Below are positions 58,227 through 64,000 of a stretch of 64,000 bases of DNA, one piece after another (the stretch's first letter is position 1; every line of letters starts with the position of its first letter). A program made the translations under genes and the position numbers. This stretch comes from Epithemia pelagica (Eukaryota; Protista; Bacillariophyta): assembly GCA_946965045.2 (NCBI GenBank), contig OX337239.1, forward strand, positions 930,001-994,000, written 5' to 3'. The notes below the pieces were generated by a model, which was given only the letters and a program-made list of their open reading frames with translations, was not told where the DNA came from and ran no database searches.

Positions 58227-59168
58227 GGAGATGACTCGCGCTACTGACCACAAGGTTGGTAGGCCAGGTCGCTTGTTGTTCGTCTGCTTGCCTGGGGACA
58301 CCTCGGAACCTCTTCTCTACGTTTTGATGTTTGGGTCTGGCAACCTAGACAGAGAGACATCCATATTCTTGCGAAGATATTTCGAAGATATGGCTTCACT
58401 TCGTGAAGAAAAGGAGAAGGGATTTTGGGTTGGAGCCACACTCGCTCGACACAGTTCTGCAGAATCCGGTTGATCTGCGACTGTGGCGCGATTCCGGATC
58501 CCTGCCGATTATGGGATTATGGGTGGGGGGCCTATGTCCCCCCCAGTGTTGGTTTAGTAATATCCTAAGTAATAAATATAAGACTGCATGGAAACGATTG
58601 GAGTGAGGAACAGGACAAGTGAGGATGAAGTACCGCATCGTACCGCCCCCGGTCAAGAAGGGACCGACGGACGAACGAGGAAGGGTCATCGCTCCCAAGA
58701 GTTCCAAATGCATGTGAGACGCTGGTTGGGCCAGTCATTTCTATGACTTGACCAACCAAAGATTTGACGATTCATAAATCGTCGGAAAGAAGGGTTGAAC
58801 GGGTCACATCAAGGATCTGATCACCCATTGGTTCCGTAATTCTCTTCTTTCGCCCACCCGCCCGCCCGGAGATGACTCGCGCTACTGACCACAAGGTTGG
58901 TAGGCCAGGTCGCTTGTTGGACACCTCGGAACCTCTTCTCTACGTTTTGATGTTTGGGTCTGGCAACCTAGACAGAGAGACATCCATATTCTTGCAAAGA
59001 TATTTCGAAGATATGGTTTCACTTCGTGAAGAAAAGGAGAAGGGATTTTGGGTTGGAGCCACACTCGCTCACGACAGACACAGTTCTGCAGAATCCGGTT
59101 GATCTGCGACTGTGGCGCGATTCCGGATCCCTCCCGATTATGGGATTACAATATGGGTGGGGGGCCTA
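58227..59168 (+). repeat. YR element 2 right-end repeats B1, A2 and B2
   Basis: B1 and B2 match with small indels; A2 matches A1 (42053-42271) with a 2-bp indel. Confidence 0.93.
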
Positions 59169-60130
59169 CAAGCTGAGTTCAGAGTTTACATCAACGACGT
59201 AGGCCCCTGTAGAATTTGTACCAGAGGAGTAATCCTCGATAGCGTTTCGCGTTTCTAATGTCCGACACGCGACGTCCTAGTGGTTGCAAGAAATATTTTA
59301 TTACCTTTAGTGTGATGTGTGATTTCTTCCGAACGCTAGATTTTCATCAAAAATTACGAAAAAACAGTCGACTGTATTGACCATGGTGGAGGGCCACCCC
59401 ATCCGTTCGAGATGTTGCCGAGCTGCATCCAGGTGCCTTAGGGTGTTATTCGACCACCACCAATGGGGCAACAGCTCAAACGGTTGGCATCATCCACAAC
59501 AACATGATCATCGGATGCACCCAACGCACGATAGTCTCGTGCAAAACGAAGTTTTTCTGGGGGAACGCGAGATTGTCGAGTTTAGGAAGCACTTTTCACT
59601 TTTCACATGAGAGGCATAATTATAAGGGCTATAGTAATTAGATGACTGGCGTGATATACGTAGATTTCCTACTAAGCGCTACGTCGTTGACGTTCGGCTT
59701 GAACTCAGCTTGTATGTCCCCCCCCTTCTGTTAACTCGCGCTTCTTTCTCCATACGGGGAAAAACAAAAACCGTTTTTTTGTTTGTTTGTTTTTTCTTGT
59801 TATTTCGTTACAGAATCTAGATCTTCATCGTCCCCGTAAACCAGGGACACGCCAAGATTAACACCCAACCAACTTTTATAACAGACGATTTATGCCACAT
59901 TCATTGCTCGTAAAAATTATTTGAAATATCGGCGAAAGGCGAAAGCCGAGAGTATTGATCACAAAATCAACTCGTCGAACACATTTCTCCCTATTCGCTG
60001 TTGTCTTCGCTCCGTTGACAGTTGAAAGTGAGACAGCAGATACCAACAAGACAGTGCAATTGAGAAGCATTTATCTCTCTAGACAGCAGAGAGAAGGTTT
60101 CAAAGAATTCAAACGTCTTTTCGAACGTCT

Positions 60131-61366
60131 TTGTTCAGTCGAACGTCACAAAGCCAAAGTGTTGACAGCTCCTCCATCCCAGAACATACATTTGTCGACA
60201 ATATGATGGAGTCACAACGCAAGGTTCCAACTCTTTCCTCTTCCTCCCTGGCTGCCAATAACATCAAGATCAACACTAGAAACGGCATTCCCGAGTCTCA
60301 ATCGAGGACGACAATCCAGCGTTCCCTGCCATCCAAAAGGCTGTCAATGACATCCGAACACTACGATGTGGGCAGTAAGGGATACTTGACACGAGCTGAA
60401 CAAACCATGCGTAATTTAGATGTCGACGGGAAAGGTCAATTGACGAATGAACAGGTTGCAAGTATTGTGGAACAAAACATGTCTTTGCGTGACGTCAATA
60501 GCCGGCTTCGCTTTTGGGTACTGGCCTTGTTCGGGGCCGTCATTATCTTGGCACTCTCCAATTTGGGAACCGCCTTTCTCGCCGCCCGCATGGCCAAGGA
60601 CACGACTGTGAATGAAAGTTCGGGTGTTATGGTGGTCAAGGGCAAAGATACACCGGTTGTGATCCGCTCCTCGGGCTCTTCGATTCGAGCGGTTCGAGTG
60701 ACATTGCCCAATGGAGATTCACAGGTATGCATTAACATGCACGATGCCGCCCGTCTCATGAATCGTACCATGGAAGGCACCAAGACCACGATTGTGGTAG
60801 AAAATGGAGAAGGGCAAAATTTTTCGGTGGTCACAGTGGGTGTTTCTGCGAGCGGTAGCAGCTACGGTTCCTTTTACGACACTGTTTGTTTTGGACGCGA
60901 TGATGGGTCGGATCCAATGTGTACCGACTTTCAATACGAATGCAAGGAGGTGACGGACAGCAATGGCCGACGCTCTTGGTCTGTGTCGCCTGGTCGAAGA
61001 CTTCAAAAAGGACACCCTTCTCATCCGATTCATGAGTTTCATGCCGTGGTAAAGCAAGGATTTTATGATGCTCCGCCGTCACACAAAGATTCTCGTCCAA
61101 GGCGGTCGCCAACGGCCCGTGCTTTGGCGGTGTGTAAATCAACCATCTGCGAGGAGGACGCGCACAAGGACACAACGAAATGCAATCATGACACGTACGC
61201 GGATGCATGGGATGAGAACGAATGTGATCAAGATGATTGTTGCCTTACTCCACTTGCCAAGTCTTGTTCAGGAGGTGATGGATGGCATTGGACAGATCAT
61301 TGTCAATGGGAAGGAGACGGATCGCCGTATGGATTTGATTATTGGGGTACCTTTAATTATCCGTAA
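60131..61366 (+). CDS. Unknown type II membrane protein, copy 2 (inverted paralog of 32022-33326)
   Basis: 411-aa ORF, nearly identical to copy 1 from IRSSGSS to GDGSPYG. Confidence 0.75.
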   Translation: MFSRTSQSQSVDSSSIPEHTFVDNMMESQRKVPTLSSSSLAANNIKINTRNGIPESQSRTTIQRSLPSKRLSMTSEHYDVGSKGYLTRAEQTMRNLDVDGKGQLTNEQVASIVEQNMSLRDVNSRLRFWVLALFGAVIILALSNLGTAFLAARMAKDTTVNESSGVMVVKGKDTPVVIRSSGSSIRAVRVTLPNGDSQVCINMHDAARLMNRTMEGTKTTIVVENGEGQNFSVVTVGVSASGSSYGSFYDTVCFGRDDGSDPMCTDFQYECKEVTDSNGRRSWSVSPGRRLQKGHPSHPIHEFHAVVKQGFYDAPPSHKDSRPRRSPTARALAVCKSTICEEDAHKDTTKCNHDTYADAWDENECDQDDCCLTPLAKSCSGGDGWHWTDHCQWEGDGSPYGFDYWGTFNYP

Positions 61367-61495
61367 ACCTCAAAGGAAATGAACTGGCCATGGGCATGTT
61401 CCGAGATGTTGCAGAGTTTGAGTGTTGTTTTTGGTGCAAACACAACAGAAAGACACTTTCGCTCTACTGAAATCATGGATCACCGAAGTATTGCA
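60318..61495 (+). repeat. Right arm of the inverted duplication (partner about 31886-33070)
   Basis: Reverse-complement match to the left arm. Confidence 0.9.
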
Positions 61496-61919
61496 GAAAC
61501 AAGGTTTCACGAGAATACGTTACTTCTGTTAGTCTTCATCTCCGTGCTGAGGTCGTGTTTGTACTATCATCTTCATCAATCGCCTGTTCTTAACTTTTAC
61601 CAATGCCATCAGAAGAAATCTTGTGGGCTGTCTATAACCATGGTCTTTCATTATACAAATTGCACATTGTGTTGTGGTTCTGATTCAGGACGGGGAAGGC
61701 AGCTCTTTACTCATAGTCTTCTACTCCTAGGAAGAAACTGTAACTACTCGTACCTCTCCTCTCAGATAGTCCCTCCATGGGGCGGCTAGCTATAGGAATA
61801 CATAGCTACTCCTACTACTATGACGAATGACGAAAAGGCGAACCCATTGTGTAGAATTTCTATCATCAGTCTTCTTGTTTCGCATTACCATTGCGGTGGC
61901 GTATGACAATACATAGAAA

Positions 61920-64000
61920 ATGAGTCTGCGTGGAAGCGTGTCCGTATGTGAACCCTCTTGTATTGATTTGTGGTGTCAAAGCATGGAGGAGAGATGTGAC
62001 CAAAGTAATCAGGAGGATGGAGCCACCAACAATGACGACGAGCGTTCATCTTTGTTACAATCCTGTCGAAGCACTGATGGGAAGGAGAACTCCGAAGGTC
62101 GGTCGGCGGCACCTCATTATTATGGTGAACAAGATTTGGAAGAAGATGAGGATAGACGGACCAGCAAGATTTCATCCACCGGCAAATCCCTGGAGGAATG
62201 CTCCTCAGTAAATCTTTGGCAATGGCATAATTTGGCCATTCCAGTTAGTTACTGGGTCGTGGGTACCTTGCAGGGCTTGTTTCGAACCTTTCTAAATGTG
62301 TATCCATTGGATCTGGGTGCAACTGAAGCACAACAAACGTCACTGACCTTCATGGCCACGTTACCGGCAGCCTTCAAGATTTTGTATGGCTTTTCGTCTG
62401 ATGCCTATCCCATAGCGGGTTACCGACGCAAATCGCACTTGTTGTTGGGTTGGATGTTGGCCTCGATTCCAATGGCCATCTTGACGTTATCCTCCAATCT
62501 CACCCTATTGAGATCACATGTCAAGGATCATGAAGCAGATCACAGTACCATAGCTGCCACTAGCATTGTCCCAGACAATGCTCCGTCCTTGTTGCAAGTG
62601 AGTTGGTCCTTTTTTATTTTTGGTGTGGGAATGTGGTATACCGATGCCATTGCCGATGCCATTGTGGCGGAGAAGGCTCGATGTGAACCAGAAGCGATTC
62701 GGGGATCACTTCAGGCCACGTGTTACACTTTGAGGTTTTTCGGTCTCATGGTTTCGGCACCCATTTCCACCTACTTGTATTCACACGTTGATGGTCGCGG
62801 ACCCCAAATCATTGTCCAAGCCTTGGCTGGTCTTCCTTGCCTTGTCCTTCCCCTTGCCTGGTGCTTTGCCGAACAACCTGCCACTCGGACTGCGAACCAA
62901 GGGTCGTCGGTATCGCAAACTTCAGCCGTGACGGTAAAACCAGTTCGAGAACAGTGCTTGGAAATATGGCGTACTGTATGTTCTCGGGCTGTATGGGAAC
63001 CCATGGCGTTTATCTACGTTTTTAATTTGTTGCAAGTCAGCAATGCCGCGTGGCGTCAGTTTTTGGTCAGTGTCTTGCATTTTACACCCGCCAATCTCAA
63101 CTCCCTTTTGGTTGCTTCCTACGTTGTCTTGTACTTGGGAACCTTGTTGTACAAATACTTTTTGTTGCAAGCAAGTTGGCGACGCATTTATCAAGTCTGT
63201 TTGGTATTGAACCTCGTCTTGTCATCCCTGCAATTGCTCTTGATTCGAGGTCATACACTCGGCATTTCTCCCTTTGTTTTTGCTCTGGGAGACGATGCCT
63301 TTGCCGAATTTCTTAACGGGGTCCAATTTCTACCCGCGGTTATTCTCATGGTGGCACTTTGTCCACCTGGATCGGAAGGTACGGAAACAATATTATTTCG
63401 GACACTGTCACAAAGAAGGTCGCCGAATGCCATGTCTATGTTGGCCTCACCTTCCTGTGCTCTTTTCCTTTACAGGTGCCAGCTATGCCATGTTCACCAC
63501 GGGTAAGGTTCTCACACATTTCTCTCTCTGACACACTTGTTGTTGGTGCCTCTCATTTCTCCATGTTTCTTGTGTGACAACAGTCATGAATTCGGCCTTG
63601 ATGATCGCTCCACCCCTGAGTTCCCTCCTACTAGGGATTTGGGATGTTAGTAAAGAAGCTCTCGAACGGGGGGAGTTGGATGGATTGGTACGTTGTGTTT
63701 GGTCTGGCGCACCAGAATGGTGCTTCCCATGAGAGAGATCTCACACTCGTCTGTTTTGGAATGATGGATTGTGGATGACATGCTTGGTGGATCGTCATTT
63801 TCTTCTTTATATAGTTCAACTTGTCCTTGTTGACGACGGCGATTCAAATCTCTCCCATTTTCTTTTTGCATTGGTTACCCCAGGGACGAAAAGAACTGGA
63901 AGCATTGGCCTCAGAACCCTTTTCGGGGAGTCCCATTGGGGGTGCACTCTTTTTGACGGTTCTCTTTGCCTCCATGGCCTGGACCTTTGCTGTGACCCTG
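61920..64000 (+). CDS. Folate-biopterin transporter (BT1/FBT, MFS), multi-exon, 3'-partial
   Basis: FKILYGFSSDAYPIAGYRRKS, DAIVAEKAR, RGSLQATCY and LGDDAFAEF; later exons GASYAMFT, VMNSALMIAPPLSSLLLGIWDVSKEAL and PIGGALFLTVLF run to the window end. Confidence 0.88.

Larger units (their letters stand above)
42053..59168 (+). mobile_element. Tyrosine-recombinase retrotransposon 2 (split direct repeats, PAT/DIRS-like), degenerate, interrupted by a Copia
   Basis: A1 (42053-42271), then gag, pol and YR, then B1 (58227-58534), A2 (58633-58853) and B2 (58868-59168); the pol frame is restored as WMVDMRDGIAPMW when the Copia is removed. Confidence 0.9.

Noticed and set aside
33897-59168. Possibility that YR1 and YR2 form one composite element or a prokaryotic retron/integrase contaminant
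   Set aside because: Each has its own complete, unrelated A/B repeat set and gag-RT-RH-YR module, and both are contiguous with intron-containing host genes.
61920-64000. MFS transporter considered as the ArsJ partner of gap3
   Set aside because: Its motifs are those of the BT1/folate-biopterin family, and it is more than 40 kb away.

Overview
Eukaryotic nuclear DNA, almost certainly from a diatom (silicon transporter, ASAF-type plastid presequence, short GT-AG introns, Copia of the diatom CoDi type); the species cannot be determined from the sequence. Positions 1-33.3 kb and 60.1-64 kb are gene-dense host DNA: an Erv/QSOX oxidase, a BASS transporter, ispH, a divergent SIT, four sulfotransferase-like genes (two frameshifted), a His-rich membrane protein, a rhomboid, an arsenate-operon-type (Gap3/ArsJ-associated) GAPDH, a PILS-like carrier, GGT, a CNNM/CorC transporter and a folate-biopterin transporter. 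Positions 33.9-59.2 kb are a nested retroelement island inserted between two head-to-head paralogous genes. It holds two unrelated tyrosine-recombinase retrotransposons with split direct repeats (A1-ORFs-B1-A2-B2) in tandem; the second is interrupted by a young 8.2-kb Copia with apparently identical 766-bp LTRs. The most unusual signals are: (i) Copia LTRs ending TA...TA rather than TG...CA, with a PBS matching a tRNA-Asn anticodon arm (half-tRNA priming); (ii) a probable degenerate C5-DNA-methyltransferase-like domain at the N-terminus of the second YR element's pol; (iii) an intron-containing bacterial ars-type GAPDH; (iv) a SIT that has lost one GXQ motif and the CMLD cysteine. All family calls are from motif recognition by eye, with no database search.
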